A model generated the notes under the pieces. The model was given only the letters and a program-made list of their open reading frames with translations. It had not been told where the DNA came from and searched no databases. A DNA stretch of 58,989 nucleotides, filler included, from Sphacelaria rigidula (taxonomy: Eukaryota): the NCBI GenBank assembly GCA_964200075.2. It is 10 parts of 10 records of this genome, joined end to end, with 100 filler letters (N's around TTAATTAATTAA, not from the genome) between each part and the next. Parts side by side here need not be neighbours in the genome. Positions count along the whole stretch, not along the records: positions 35,455 to 41,263 come from CAXNAA020024294.1; positions 41,364 to 47,172 come from CAXNAA020024295.1; positions 47,273 to 53,081 come from CAXNAA020024296.1; 7 more parts are not named here. The stretch is one strand, 5' to 3'. Shown piece by piece: positions 37,451 through 49,989 of the stretch; within the stretch, counting starts at the first letter, position 1; each line of letters starts with the position of its first letter. The position numbers and the translations under genes were made by a program.

Positions 37451-37462
37451 CTCATTGCCCAT
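37451..37462 (-). CDS. SCYL2: SCYL2-like gene, 12-nt first coding exon (MGNE)
   Basis: ATCATGGGCAATGAG|GTAGGT; a phase-0 join to exon 2 gives MGNEISKKYDMDEEP; 303-nt intron. Confidence 0.8.
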
Positions 37463-38566
37463 GATGACGAGATAATGGATGTGTCGAGTCTTGGTCTACG
37501 GCTGGGCTTCTCGCACCGCCCTACCAACACGAACAATGTAATTTTGCGAAGTACCTCTTAGGAAGGTATGCCGCGAAAATCCCCACCCCCTCCGTTTTCA
37601 TTCGCCATTCTGTGTCTCCTTGCTGTGATCCCCCAACCGCCATATTGCTCTGTCTGCTGCTCTCTACTGCTACTGCTATGTGCAAGCTCGATTTGCTCCG
37701 TGTTTCCTCGCTATTGGGCATCATAAAGTCAACTACTGGCTATGAGGTTTATATTGTATTGGCTGAGTGTACTGCTTGGTGGCCATGCCGATGCTACACT
37801 CTCCGGGAAGGTTACGTGTGAAGATTACGGCGTGGAAGGTTCTAAAGTTTAAAAAGTGCGAAGAAGGAAGAAGTGATGATTTAGTGTCACGATTTTCAAC
37901 ACCCCCTTGATACAAGATATCGTGCAGTAAAAAGACTCAGTGAAGCATTAATTACACATATTATGAAATAAATCTATATATCATATTTAAAGATACCTCT
38001 ACCAAGAACTCTGGTTCAATTATGTTCACCATAGCACACAAGCTAGCGATGGATATTGCAAAACCTGGTACAGTCCTTGCACGAACACTTTGGTCATTTT
38101 CCATTTTGGCATCTGAAACGCATGTGAACAAATGCATGGGAAAAGAAGCACAGAACTCACCCTGTACTACCTAATGCTCACTTGCACTAGACACACAAGG
38201 GGAGTGTGCTAGCAGTAATCTTTCAAGAACAAAAGCGCGCCCATAGTCACACACAGCCACATGATATTTGCTGCCAATGGTTTTGTCTTCACCGGAATAC
38301 TGCATTTTCTTTCACCGCACGGCTTGGATTACCGCGATGGGGCCTCGTGCGTGGCTGATGCACTGGTAGATATGTACCTCATCACAGGCGGACACTTTGC
38401 TACACCTTGTGAACACCTTCGGAAAGTGGAAATCCTGTGGACAACCCCGTGAACACCTTCGGAAGATCCAGAAGCATCAAATAGACCTTGGACAATGTGC
38501 GCGGTTGTAGAGGGTTGTCTCGGCACAGCATCTTGTGCGGGTGAACACCCTGATGAGGTCTACGAT

Positions 38567-38567
<1 letters not shown>

Positions 38568-38600
<33 letters not shown>
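38568..38600 (+). repeat. (CA)n microsatellite
   Basis: Direct reading. Confidence 0.95.
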
Positions 38601-38602
<2 letters not shown>

Positions 38603-38730
38603 TATGCGAGGTTGTGGAGGGTTGCTGGACACAGCACCTTGTTGTGTGAATGAACATCATGACGGGGTCTCATATATTATGCCAATATTCAAATCCTCTG
38701 GATTGTATGTTGCAAGTCCTCATTTTCAAC

Positions 38731-39057
38731 CCGTGATGTTACAATTTGGGGATGGATATTGGGGACGAGAACTCGGAGAATCAAAGCCTTCGTATCCAGA
38801 CCAAGTCTTCGAAATATGGTTCAATTTCTTCACCTTCTGGTACCAAAATTCTCCAAAAAATGGTTTTTCACCTAGGACCCCAATATTTCGGTCATCGAAA
38901 TCCAAATTTGTTTGACGTGTAGTAGTTGTCAATAGCTACGAGCAAGATGTGAAGAAATTGAGCCATATGCCGAAGATTTGGTGTGGATACGAAGATTCCA
39001 AGTCTCCAGGTTCTCATTCCCCCCAAAAAATACATGCCCAATTAGTAACATCACGTG
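38731..39057. mobile_element. Second, internally deleted copy of the 32679-33123 foldback MITE
   Basis: Shares CTTCGTATCCA.ACCAA..CGAAATATGGTTC, TTTCACCTAGGACCCCAA and GAAGATTTGGTGTGGATACGAAGATT. Confidence 0.8.
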
Positions 39058-40270
39058 TTTTCCCCCATTTTTTTTGGAAATTCCAAATTGGGAAAAACGA
39101 GGATTATATGCGAGGGTATTTGTTTTGCAAGCCGAGGGAAAGTGCAAGATTTGGGTTCGGCCACACGTTCGAGGATACGGTCGAATGGTTTCACCAAGCG
39201 CCTCTGAACCGAGCTGAAGTGAACCCGTTCCCGTTCATGTCGGAAATTGCACTTTTTTTCTCCTAAAAAATGATGCTTCACGAGTTAAAAAGGGGGAATT
39301 TTGTTGGCAGAAACCTCAAGGGGCCCGGCAATGTTTCTTAGGGCTTGGGAAAACTGTAGCATCTTTTTATTGACACCTAGCGTGATGGGAGAGGGTGCGC
39401 ATTCTGGCAGCTTGCGAGAGCCGTTCTGATTTACGGAGAAAGGTTCGAATATGGCAACCTTTCTCCCTTACCAGGCTTGTACAATCAAATTGCCATAGCC
39501 AGTGAGTACATGCAGCAACGACATTTCACCTAGTATACGGGCGACGTGCTGCCGACTACTGTCTGTATGTTGCTCGAAAGCTATTCTCAGGCAAGACCTT
39601 CCTAATTAGCGCTTAACGGCGTGGGTCGCGACTGCTTTGACAGGCGGTTAATCATCGAACACCCTTGTTCTCAACCATCTCTCGCCTCAGCTTAGGATGG
39701 CTCTTCTCACATGGCACTTTCTCGCGACAGACACCGACACAAACACACCCTGCTGAGCATGCGACCGTTTGTACGTAGCATAACTCAGATTACGGGATGC
39801 CATGGGTCATATCAGCAAGAAGAATTGAGTGACCGCCAGAGGTATTTTTTTTCACTCCGCATGCCAAGAAGGTCTTCACGAGTGTTTGATCTCTCATACA
39901 TTCCCCCAACTGGGATGCGGCATATTCGAGTGAACATCCTTTTCAGTGTAGTCCACAGTACTGATCAACCCCGGTACAGAGGTACTTGTCTTCACGGATC
40001 TTGACAGTTACATGCGGTGGGATTTGACACCATAGTAGGCGTATGTCTTGTACACGCACGCGATGTCTGATTGGGAGGCTCCGCTTATCATAGTGTTGGG
40101 TAGCCTGTGACGAAATCACGCCGTCACGTTGATTATATAGTGATGATATGGATGATGACTTTGGGATCTGTAGTGATGATATAAATGATGATGACATAGA
40201 CACAGGGGTGATACCCTGATGTGGTTTGTGGAGCGTATGTGCCTGGGTGGCACTCTAGGATAATAAAAGG

Positions 40271-40673
40271 TGTTCTGAAGGCTGTCAACTGAAACCTGAG
40301 GCCCGTGGAACTGTGGAGTCCCTCAACAGCATTAGACGCTGCAGTACTAGCAACCTGCTGGCGTCACAAGCCACGCCAATTCACTTCCTTCTCTTCCTTT
40401 TTCTTGACTTGCTTAGTCTATTCCTTGGCTCAGGCACAGGGTAATGGTTTCAGATGTTTCATTGAAGAGCACCCAAGTTCTACTGTAACTTGGGAGAGTG
40501 CTGATGAGATGGAAGGTAGATGAATGAGAATGAACAAGGGTGGCGGGCTGCTCCGCTGCTCTCAGCCGTACTGTACCACATTTGCACACACTTGACTGTC
40601 GGTACTCGTACGTCACCCAAATCCCCGGTTCTACGTACATCCGACATTACTGGGTATCTGAATCACTTGAACA
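40271..40673 (-). mobile_element. Copia 3' LTR with adjacent PPT
   Basis: TGTTC...GAACA termini; on the minus strand the PPT GGGGGAG (40674-40680) abuts TGTTCAAG; lies downstream of the RNase H fragment. Confidence 0.7.
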
Positions 40674-40981
40674 CTCCCCCTGATTGGATACCTCAGCACT
40701 CAAAGCTCAAAAACAAAATCAAGGAGGAAACTCGGCCTTTCGAGCAAAACCCCCCTATCACACGAACTCCACCGCTGGTGCTCAAAACAAACAGTCCTTT
40801 TTCGTAGACGCCCAGGCCAGGGCACCTGCACTTAACAACGGCAAACGCCCTACAAACCCATGCCCCGCAAAGTAGCGTGAGCGGCTTCACCCGATGTAAG
40901 CGCAGATGCATAACGAAAACCATGACCTGAAACATCTAGAGCTGACAAATCGAAAGACACACACAAAACAAAGTATGTGTC

Positions 40982-41197
40982 TACTCGCTGTCCCCAGTGT
41001 TCATCAAGGCGCGACGGTGCCTCTTGAACAACGTGAATGGGAGCGGCTTTGTAAGAATATCAGCGTGGTGCCACTCTGAATCCACATGTACAATCCTCGC
41101 TGCTCCCTTCCTAACGAAGTCCCTACTAACATGTCACCTCACGTCGATATGCTTACTACGACTTGAGCTGAGAGAGTTGTCGGCTAGAACCTTAGCC
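40982..41197 (-). pseudogene. Ty1/Copia RNase H C-terminal fragment
   Basis: AKVLADNSLSSSRSKHIDVR*H..RDFV..IVHVDSEWHHADILTKPL..FKRHRRALMN. Confidence 0.9.
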
Positions 41198-41223
41198 CTG
41201 TGACGGTTTAAGAGACAACCAAC

Positions 41224-41263
41224 TAGACTACTGACCAGTCAGCCCTGACTGGTCAGCAGTCTA
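41224..41263. repeat. Short hairpin at contig end
   Basis: TAGACTACTGACCAGTCAG / CTGACTGGTCAGCAGTCTA, one mismatch. Confidence 0.85.
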
Positions 41264-43320
41264 NNNNNNNNNNNNNNNNNNNNNNNNNNNNNNNNNNNNN
41301 NNNNNNNTTAATTAATTAANNNNNNNNNNNNNNNNNNNNNNNNNNNNNNNNNNNNNNNNNNNNATCGACCAGCGGCGGTGCCGTGCATTACCACGTTGGT
41401 CTGCAGTTCACAGTGATATGCTCAAGTCGCGCTGGTTTGGTAAACTTGACAAGTTAAGGTTGGAGATGCAAATGCGGGATGTACTGCTGGCACAGCTCGA
41501 ACCCGAGATGATCGCAAAATGATAACACTCGCTAAAGAAAAGTAGAAGAAAAAACAGCACGGTAGAGCAGACAGAGTTGACAAAGGGAAGTAAAACAGCG
41601 AAAAAAATAGAAAGAAGAAACGAAAGAACAAACAAAACAAAGCGAAACAAAGCATGAAAAAAAAAAACTAGAAAAGGCCAGCATGCTCTTGAAAAAACAA
41701 GACGTGGGTACAAAGTACGTAAATACGGATATGCATTGACGAACAGCGCCGGCGATTGGTAGTGCTCTTTCTAGATGTGAATAAATGACTGTTGCCATGT
41801 TTTTGCCGGTGGTGATCATATCTCTCCAACATCCGATCCGCTCTCAGGCGGTGCTCGAACTTCCATAGGTACGGTCAGGTGTCCTACCTCCCTCTCCTCT
41901 TGTCGACGACTCAGTCCCTATCATCCCCAAGATAATCGGTGGCCCTCATAATAAAATCGACGTTGAGTCGTCGATCACCCGGGTACATTTTGGTGCTGGG
42001 CGCCCAACTGTCCCCAAGTTGGTGGCGCGCCGATGTGCTGAGCGCGGACGTTATATTTTTCCCTGATAACTACCGACCGCGCAAACATCGTAGGGCGCAC
42101 TGTTATTGTTGATGTGTTGTGTATGTGCGTAGCTGCGCCTGATGCACGTCAGCGTGGCATGCCATGCTGTCTGTGTACAAACATGTGCATGCTGTACTCC
42201 CAGTGTACAAGCACCTGCCTTTTGATGGCGGTGCAGCGATGCTACGACTGGCAGTTCTATTTTACCGCCTGTCTCCCCGCCTCAACGGGTTGCCGTCGCT
42301 CGTGGGGTTTTCGCGTGCGGGGCTCTTTTTCGTTGTCACTGACCGAATGTCCATAGGCGAGTCATCTGTCCCGGGCTAGCTCGGTGGCCTAGCCTCCGCA
42401 TGCAAGACTCGGACTTTGTCCAAAGATGGAAACACATGTCGCCTTCCCGCGCGTGTGCACCTTGTGGAAAGAGCTTGAAACTGCATACCATCGTTTGTTT
42501 TGCCTCTGTTATGAGGTCTGAAATATCGTATAGCATGGCCTTTGAATCCTCCACATTCAGGGACAAATTATACTTACTACATATAGGTACCCTTGGAAAC
42601 TCGAGTATAGGTTTGGGAGGAAAGAGGTGAAGACCCACGTATACCTGGTGCGCTCTCCGCGGCAACCAGGTGTGCGGTGTTGTCGGCCAATCGTGTCGTT
42701 GGAAACCCGGCCGGTTCGTGCAACCTGTGCATCATGTGCCTGAATATGGCGGAAATTGATCCAGGTATTCCTGGATATGTCGTTTTTTCTTGAGTCTTCG
42801 TTGCTGTTACTGCCGGAGCAGGAGCGTGAATCCGTAGTCCTTTCCTTAACTGTACTCGAACAGCACGTTCGTTTACTGCCATGAATAATTTGGATAACCA
42901 ACAGAAGATGATCATGTGGCTCTTGGAGAAAGTTACTGAGACCACCTTCCCCCCTTCTTGCGTTAAATGTGGCTTGTTGCTTGGTTTGTGGTGTGGGACG
43001 CATATTCACAGCACCCGACATGGATGGACGGGGGGGGAACCCGAGGGGCGCCCCAGGTTTAACGAACATTCGTCTGATATCGGTTTTGCTTTCAGAAAAA
43101 GTGTGCGGTTTGCTGTATGGTGGCGATGAAACAGTCTCCGTGTTTCCGTTTTGTTCCTACTGTTGATATGTTGATTTTGTTTTTCTAATTATTGTGACGT
43201 TTCGCAAGTTCCAATTGTTCGGTTCCAGCAACAGCGGGAAAAATGTAGGCTCAACGAATCTTTTACTTATGCTACAGCCTGACGACGAGGCCACCCTGAT
43301 CTCTTCCTTGGTCTTTCTCT

Positions 43321-43860
43321 CTTCCAACGACGGAACATGCGCAACCAAGTATTAGGTGGCCACCAAACCTGAACAAGCTGACTTTTGGTTCCCGTTTCAA
43401 CCGAGACGTCAACGTCAGGAGCACCAAGTTCGAAGTCAAACGTCACCCTGTGACAAATATGAAGAGAAAACAACATCCGCCTCCACCACCACCACCACCA
43501 ACAACAACAACAACGAGGACGACGACGACGACGACGACGACAACAACAATACCAAGTTCTGTGAGGGATCTAACCTTCGGCAAACATTTTAATAAGCTCC
43601 TTCCCCAGCCCTTGCCGCCACGACTGCAAAAACTCACCCTGGGACGAAACTTCAATAGGCCAATAGGAAACGCCACCGCATGGTCCGCCTCACTAGAAGA
43701 GGTCACGTTTGGTGAGGCGTTTGTTGTAGCCGGGCGTGGTGAAGCAAAAGAGTTGGAGTTGGCCGGGGGGATGCGCCTGTCGAGGGTCTTGGTAGGTGGG
43801 GAGGGGTCATCGGGTAGGAGTGTGGTGTATCGGCGGAAGAGAGGTACTGATGAAGAGTAA
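43321..43860 (+). CDS. FNIP-repeat (LRR-like) protein, C-terminal fragment; terminal exon or pseudogene
   Basis: One frame: WPPNLNKLTFGSRFNRDV, IPSSVRDLTFGKHFNKLL, LPPRLQKLTLGRNFNRPI, WSASLEEVTFGEAF. An upstream in-frame stop at 43297 leaves the 5' junction unclear. Confidence 0.7.
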   Translation, partial: LPTTEHAQPSIRWPPNLNKLTFGSRFNRDVNVRSTKFEVKRHPVTNMKRKQHPPPPPPPPTTTTTRTTTTTTTTTTIPSSVRDLTFGKHFNKLLPQPLPPRLQKLTLGRNFNRPIGNATAWSASLEEVTFGEAFVVAGRGEAKELELAGGMRLSRVLVGGEGSSGRSVVYRRKRGTDEE

Positions 43861-44415
43861 GGGACATCACTCTGCCGGGAAAAGAGGAGTAGCAGATGAT
43901 TGTCGCTAGTGAAATAGTAGCGCTAGCGCTGGTGCTAGTATAGTGGAAGTAGAGGCGGCAGCAACGGCAGCAGCAGCAGAGCATTTCGTGCGTACAGCTC
44001 ACGTTCTTGTTATTCGATCATGGGGACGCCGAAGAAATTTTGATACAGTTGATATTCACTGTGAAAACCACGTTCGCGCATGAGGGATGTTATTGTCCAT
44101 ATCAGCTTCATTTTCAGTAGAGTGTACTTATGCATAGAGGAGAGAATAGGTTGCAGGCCGGAGGGGGAGGGGGTAGGGATCCACTTTGGGCAGTTTAACC
44201 AATGGTGATATTCCAACGCCAAACTGCTGTGACGAATGATGATCAAGGGGCTGTAGTAGATTTGATGATGAAGTAGGGTAGGAAGGAAACCAATCCATGG
44301 AAAAGGTATGTATCGCTCCTAGGCCATGTGGCTCATGGTCCGTCAGATGTACTCAAGCTCCACATCATCGGTATCTGCTGTATTTCTATGCTCTTTCAGG
44401 GACATTCAAATTTAG

Positions 44416-46235
44416 CAGGGAGGGATACGTGACACGTGACACAGCGTGACACGTGACGTGAACGAGACGTTTCGGGCGTCACGTCACGTTCACGGCAATT
44501 TTTTTAACGTGATTAACGTCACGCTCACGTCACGTGAAGTTTCCAAATGGCATGTTCACGTCACGTTAAATTTCACGAACGTGACACGCACCACGTGTCA
44601 CGTCACGTTCAATTACCCAAACGTTCATATCACGTGTTATGTAACGTGACACGTGAATTATTCGCGACACGTGAGTCATTCGTGACACGTGACATGAAGC
44701 GTTACATATTACGTTACACGTTACATGAAGCGGTGAATACTTCAACTCTGCAATAAAATTTGAAATCCTAGAAGATTGAAGATCGTGCTTCAAGATACAC
44801 GTGTGAGTGTGAATGACCACGTTATAGAACATACTCTGGCGGCAAGTTCGCGCTCTGCCGCTCTGCCCCACAGCTGACATTACAAGTCAATCATCGCAAC
44901 ATAGCACCACAACATGATAATCATCTCGACCATATTCATATAAAGATATCAAGGAAACAGGTGTAACATACTCGTTCACGTCACGTTCACGTGCACAAGT
45001 ACACGAGATGGATTCAAGGGGGAATTCGGCGGGTCAACAGCCAGGGGGTGCCGCAGCCTCCAGTCAGTCTCGGTCGGTGCCTTCAGCTGCAGCATCTACC
45101 GCAACGACGACGAGCAGTACTGACGAGTAGAGGGGCGGGGGGATTTTGGACGTATCGTAGTGGTCGAGTAGAGGGGCCGGGGGGGGGGGGTCATGCATGC
45201 TTGTTTTGAGTTTATTCCTTGTATCATGTGCTACGTTTTCCTCAGTGGCGGAGAAGTTTATCTTCCTTTCTCTTGTTTGGTTGTATTTTGTTCTTTATTC
45301 TTTTTAATGTACTATTCCGTTGAGGTTTTTTGGTGACATTATCGCGCGCTACAGTCTGTTATTTTGTTGTTTTGTTGATTTCTTTTTTCACTGTTCGTTA
45401 TTCGCTTGATTTTTTTCTCGTCGAAGTAGCGAGCGTTTTTTTCCATGTTGGGTACATTTGTCCTGCGCTCACGGCTGGTTTCGTGGCGGTTTGATCTGAT
45501 GGAAAAGTGGGAAATCCATCAGTCTGTGTACAGTGAAACAAAAGCTTGTCAAGCCAGAGAAATTAGTAGATTGCCTGGCGGTGTAAACCTGTCATACACA
45601 TGTAGAACCAAGGGTACCGACGTAGTTCTGTCTGTGAAGTGCCAGGAAGACTCAAGCCGGCGTTCAATCTCGTTCGCGAACTATTGTATGTACAGTATGT
45701 GCTGTCGTGCGAATCACCAAGCATTCGAATCTTGAAAACTTGAAATGAGACAGTGAAAAGACGGGGAAACTTATTCGGTCAAGGGTGAATGCATGATACA
45801 CTGTAGAGAAAGAAGCGTTATACATTCAAATAATGCGCCTACGATCAAACAGACGATAGGCGACCGTCAGTGCCAAGTACACGGTGAGTTCACGCGTTAC
45901 ACAACACGTCAAAACACCTCCAACCCTGGTGTGAGCCGCGATATGCATAGAATGAAACGTTAATTTCGAACGTGATACGTGACAATGTCATGTTACATAA
46001 TACGTGACACGTGACAATGTCACGTTACATCATACTTGATATGTGACAATGTCACGTGACATATTACGTGACATGTGACGAAACGTCACGTGATATTTTT
46101 TCAACGTGATTAACGGCACGTTCACGTCACGTTACATTTTCCGAACGTGACACGCGTCACGTGTCACGTCACGTTAAATTTTTGCGAACGTGCTTCACGT
46201 CACGTTCACGTTCACGTGTCACGTATCCCTCCCTG
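44416..46235. mobile_element. Non-autonomous hAT-like element (1820 bp) with CACGTG-rich subterminal arrays
   Basis: Perfect 24-bp TIR CAGGGAGGGATACGTGACACGTGA; 8-bp TSD AAATTTAG / AAATTTTG (7/8); no transposase inside. Confidence 0.92.
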
Positions 46236-47036
46236 AAATTTTGTGTCGTCGGTATCCCAATCTTCCATGCTCGGACGTCAGGATCTTCGCTCTCGAAACT
46301 CGAACGTCTGAGGAACACATGCAGTATCTAGTAAAAGGTCATGGCCCAGGAGGAGGACGAGATAAAATATACACTCCCACAGGCGAAGAAGAGGTATACA
46401 TCACCGTCATGCTCGACATTTGACGCGAGTAACAAGCGACCCAGGGTGCTACATCCATCCCCCACACGCCAAGCTCCCGAAGTTGATGGATTGATCATCA
46501 TGGATGAAATCCCTGCAAAGACTGTCGGCTTGGCAACACAACACACTCGAGAGGTATGTGAAAAACAGTGCGAAGATATTCTCAACACTAGCACGCGAGA
46601 ATGGCTACCCTTACAGATTTCGTCGAATGGAGGTAATGTGGATACTGCTTGGCAATACATGAGAAACCTCTTACCGGTGCATGATGAGGACTCATCACCC
46701 TTTCAATGCTGCGACAGCGGTAAAATCTTGAGCTGCAAGCTATCCACAAAACCTAGATGTGCAGATTCGGCGTAGATCTGTTTAATGAGGAGAGGTTTCG
46801 CGAACCTGTCGAACAATTGCGATGGTTGATGTGCTGGTTTAGACAAAGCTGTCACAGTCGGATTTTTCGGGAGCTAGCGGTCCCAGGTGCCCGCCAGCGT
46901 GCGCAAGGCGCGTTTTCGCTTAATTCAGCTCCTACGGCGCCAATTCGAGAGCTATGCCAGCGCACACTATGTCGAGGAGACCATTGACGCCCCCCTTGTC
47001 TGAGGGTTTCGGCCCAGGGTTGGGGTCAGGGTTAGC

Positions 47037-47172
47037 CTATAACAGCTGATTTTCGAAAATGGGGTTGAAAAAAAAATAAGGTTCAACTCGAAAGCCGTGC
47101 TTTCCCTTACCTAAATTCGAGACAAATGACTTTCATAAGGACCACCCCATTTTCGAAAATCAGCTGTTATAG
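47037..47172. mobile_element. Small MITE with perfect 29-bp TIR
   Basis: CTATAACAGCTGATTTTCGAAAATGGGGT (47037-47065) is the reverse complement of 47144-47172; runs into the contig end. Confidence 0.85.
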
Positions 47173-47432
47173 NNNNNNNNNNNNNNNNNNNNNNNNNNNN
47201 NNNNNNNNNNNNNNNNTTAATTAATTAANNNNNNNNNNNNNNNNNNNNNNNNNNNNNNNNNNNNNNNNNNNNGCGCTCGGTAAGCCTGACCCGCCCCACC
47301 AACCCACGAAAACACACCCCACTTCCCCCCCCCCCCCCCCCCCCTCATCGCCCCGCCCCGCCCCTCTTGATCTTCCCTCTTATTAACCATTCAATTTTCA
47401 TCATCTCTAGTCTTGTTCTATACATGCCTCGC

Positions 47433-47556
47433 CTTGAGATATCGATCGTACGCCACGGACATGGCAGCGAAGGCCTTTTGCGCCTCCTTCTGGTTTTGCT
47501 CCTCCGCTGCACGTTTTAGTCTCTCCACCGCGCCGAAAAAACGACCCACCTCATAC
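47433..47556 (-). CDS. Same gene, exon C
   Basis: TTTCTGCAG|G acceptor, phase-compatible with exon B; YEVGRFFGAVERLKRAAEEQNQKEAQKAFAAMSVAYDRYLK. Ends at a GC donor (AAG|GCGAG) or reads on to TAG at 47418-47420. Confidence 0.8.
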
Positions 47557-48239
47557 CTGCAGAAATGGAGGGAAAGTTATGTTCCGCATCAAGCAGCAAA
47601 AGAGAAAAAAAAAAAAAATCAAACGGAAAAAATCAACCGCGTACTTGTTTCACCACAACACATGGGAAAGGAAAACGAAAATGTAAAAAAAAAAAAGTCT
47701 ACTTGAAAACCTTCAAGATCTGTACTGAGTGAGCGGACAACGAGGTGAGGTTTCCCTTATTATGAGAGAGAAGATGTCGGGATCTTACCCTGAACGCTGG
47801 GGGAACGTGCGTCATAGATATGTATAACATATATGATGCGAAGCAATGGATGTGGACACCGTAATTACCGTGAACGGAACATGGGGGTACAATACATCCC
47901 TTATAATGAAACAAAAACATTCACAAAAAAAGATCCGCACTTTGTAAATGCATGTAGTATTGGACGATGAACATGCTTCTTCACATAAGCGCCGCCTTGT
48001 TCGTACGATGGGAAAAAACACCTTCTCCCCCTCCCCCTTCGACAACCGGCATCCATTTTGAACCGAAAATGAAAGACGAACAAACGGATCATTACCAATC
48101 CACAGGCAACCTCTCCGGCACATTTCTTTTTCGCAAGTTTGTGGGATAAGGATAGCCTAGACAGCAGTATTGCTCATCACACCAACATGGTAGGCAGGTA
48201 AGTGAAACCCATACACCATGCTACAGGGGGCGAATACTC

Positions 48240-49605
48240 CAAGGGAAGGTCGGGTAGGGTATGTTCTTTTGAAAACTCGGGTGTTTACTCTACTCTACGT
48301 TTGGGTAGATTGGGAACGGCCTCAAATACTCTACTCAATATTGGGTAAGCACTCTTAGCATTACCAGGGTATAGAGTATCACTTGGGTATGACCTCAATA
48401 CTCTACTCAATATTGGGTAAGTACTCTTCGTAATACTTGGGTATCGAGCATCACTTGGGTATGACCTTAATATTCTACCCAAAATTTGGTAGATTGGGTA
48501 TGACCTCAAAATACTCTATCCAATATTTGGGTTGATTGGCTATGACCTCAAATACTATACCCAATATAGGCTAAGTCATCTCAGTAATACTCAGGTGTAG
48601 ACTTATCACTTGGATATGATGAGTAACCGCGACTGTTGGCGACTTCGTGACGTCACTTCACAGACTACGTCGAATATATGGGCGAACGGCGGCCATCACT
48701 GAGATGAGTGACGTGACGTCACAGGCTACAATGAATTTGCGCGAACGGTGGTGATAAAACAACCACGACAATAACGTGCAGGTGCATGAACCTACTCGCA
48801 CCACCCCCGGCGGTACATACCCATACCCATACTTCACACTTCGCATCCTCTTCGATATCAGTTTCAGTACAAAGCGCTTCTCATCATCATTGGGTAATCG
48901 AGTAGACGGGTAGTCGGGCGGATAATCTAAAAATCAGCGACTCTGCGGGCCGCACATCTGACTCCTCTCTGGGAGACCCAGCGGTGGAAACGGTGGAAGA
49001 TGTGGAAACGCCGCAACAGTCGCGAGGGGAAATTTAAAAAAAATGCGCCACGGGATCAGGAGTGCTAGACCTGACCTCAAAACAGGCCCCGGTGGTCCGT
49101 GTGGTACAGGCGCTTTCAGTATCTTGGGTACTAACTTGAATACTAGAGTTACACCCAAGGTTTTCGTATATTGGGTCCGGCCTCAGATACTCTACCTTAA
49201 GTTTGGGTAGATTGGGTATGACCTCGAATATTCTACCCAAATTTTGGGTAGATTGGTTACGACCTCAAATACTCTACAATCTCAGTAATACTTGAGTATA
49301 GAGTATCACTCGGATGTGACCTCAATACTCTACCTGAATTTCGGGTAGATTGAGTACGACCTGAAATACTTTGCCCAGTATTGGAAAAGGTATCTCAGTA
49401 ATGCTTTCAGTAAAGAGTACCACTTGGGTATGGCCTCAACACTCTATCCAAAATTTGGGTAGATTGAGTATGACCTAAAAAATACTCTTATCATTTTTGG
49501 GTAGATTGGGTACGATCTCCTATGCTCTACCCAAATTTTGGGTACTCAGAGTATGACTTTTCAAGAATACCGAGTACTGGGTATACCCTACCCAACCTGC
49601 CCTTG
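48240..49605. mobile_element. Non-autonomous hAT-like element (1366 bp), intronic, with subterminal tandem repeats
   Basis: TIR CAAGGG(A/C)AGGT(C/T)GGGTAGGGTAT (21/23); 8-bp TSD GAATACTC / AAATACTT (6/8); arrays of TACTCTACCCAA..TTGGGTAGATTGGGTATGACCTCAA at both ends. Confidence 0.88.
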
Positions 49606-49989
49606 AAATACTTTTCCCTCGGCAGTCTGCTGTGATGCCATAACCGTACGCGCCTTCTCTCTCTCTCTCTCTCCTCATCCAGTTATAGCGCCGAACGATT
49701 ACGGCCCTCAGCTCACATAATTTTGGATTGTCAACAGTTGCCTGTACTGCGGTATAACCAAGCCCTGTACATGCGTACGTCCAGCAGAGTAGGGTTGCAC
49801 GGTGCAGCCCGGGGATGATGAGCCTGAAGCTCTCGCCCCTGGTTCCACGTATAGTGGAAGGCTGCTAGCCAACTGAGGCACAGCAATGAGGTAGGTTGCG
49901 GTGACCTGTGGGTATAATAGTCAGCTGCATCCACCAGATTCATGTGTACTAGCAGTTTAGTCGAGATTGTGATGCTGTCCACTGTGTCA

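Noticed and set aside
37480..37910. LTR-like segment upstream of the SCYL2 start (TG..CA, PBS-like TGGCTATGAG, PPT-like run)
   Set aside because: The PBS and PPT cues point in conflicting orientations, and there is no second LTR or TSD.
42330..43130. Overlapping 100-170 aa ORFs
   Set aside because: No recognisable motifs, splice pattern or codon bias.
43321..43860. Endogenous giant-virus (phaeovirus) element suggested by FNIP repeats
   Set aside because: No viral core genes or gene-dense intronless block anywhere in the window; FNIP proteins are also common host genes.
46341..46987. 144-aa and 76-aa plus-strand ORFs next to the hAT element
   Set aside because: No identifiable domain; probably decayed TE coding sequence.
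47005..47036. Telomere-like AGGGTT/GGGGTC/AGGGTTAG
   Set aside because: Only about three degenerate units.
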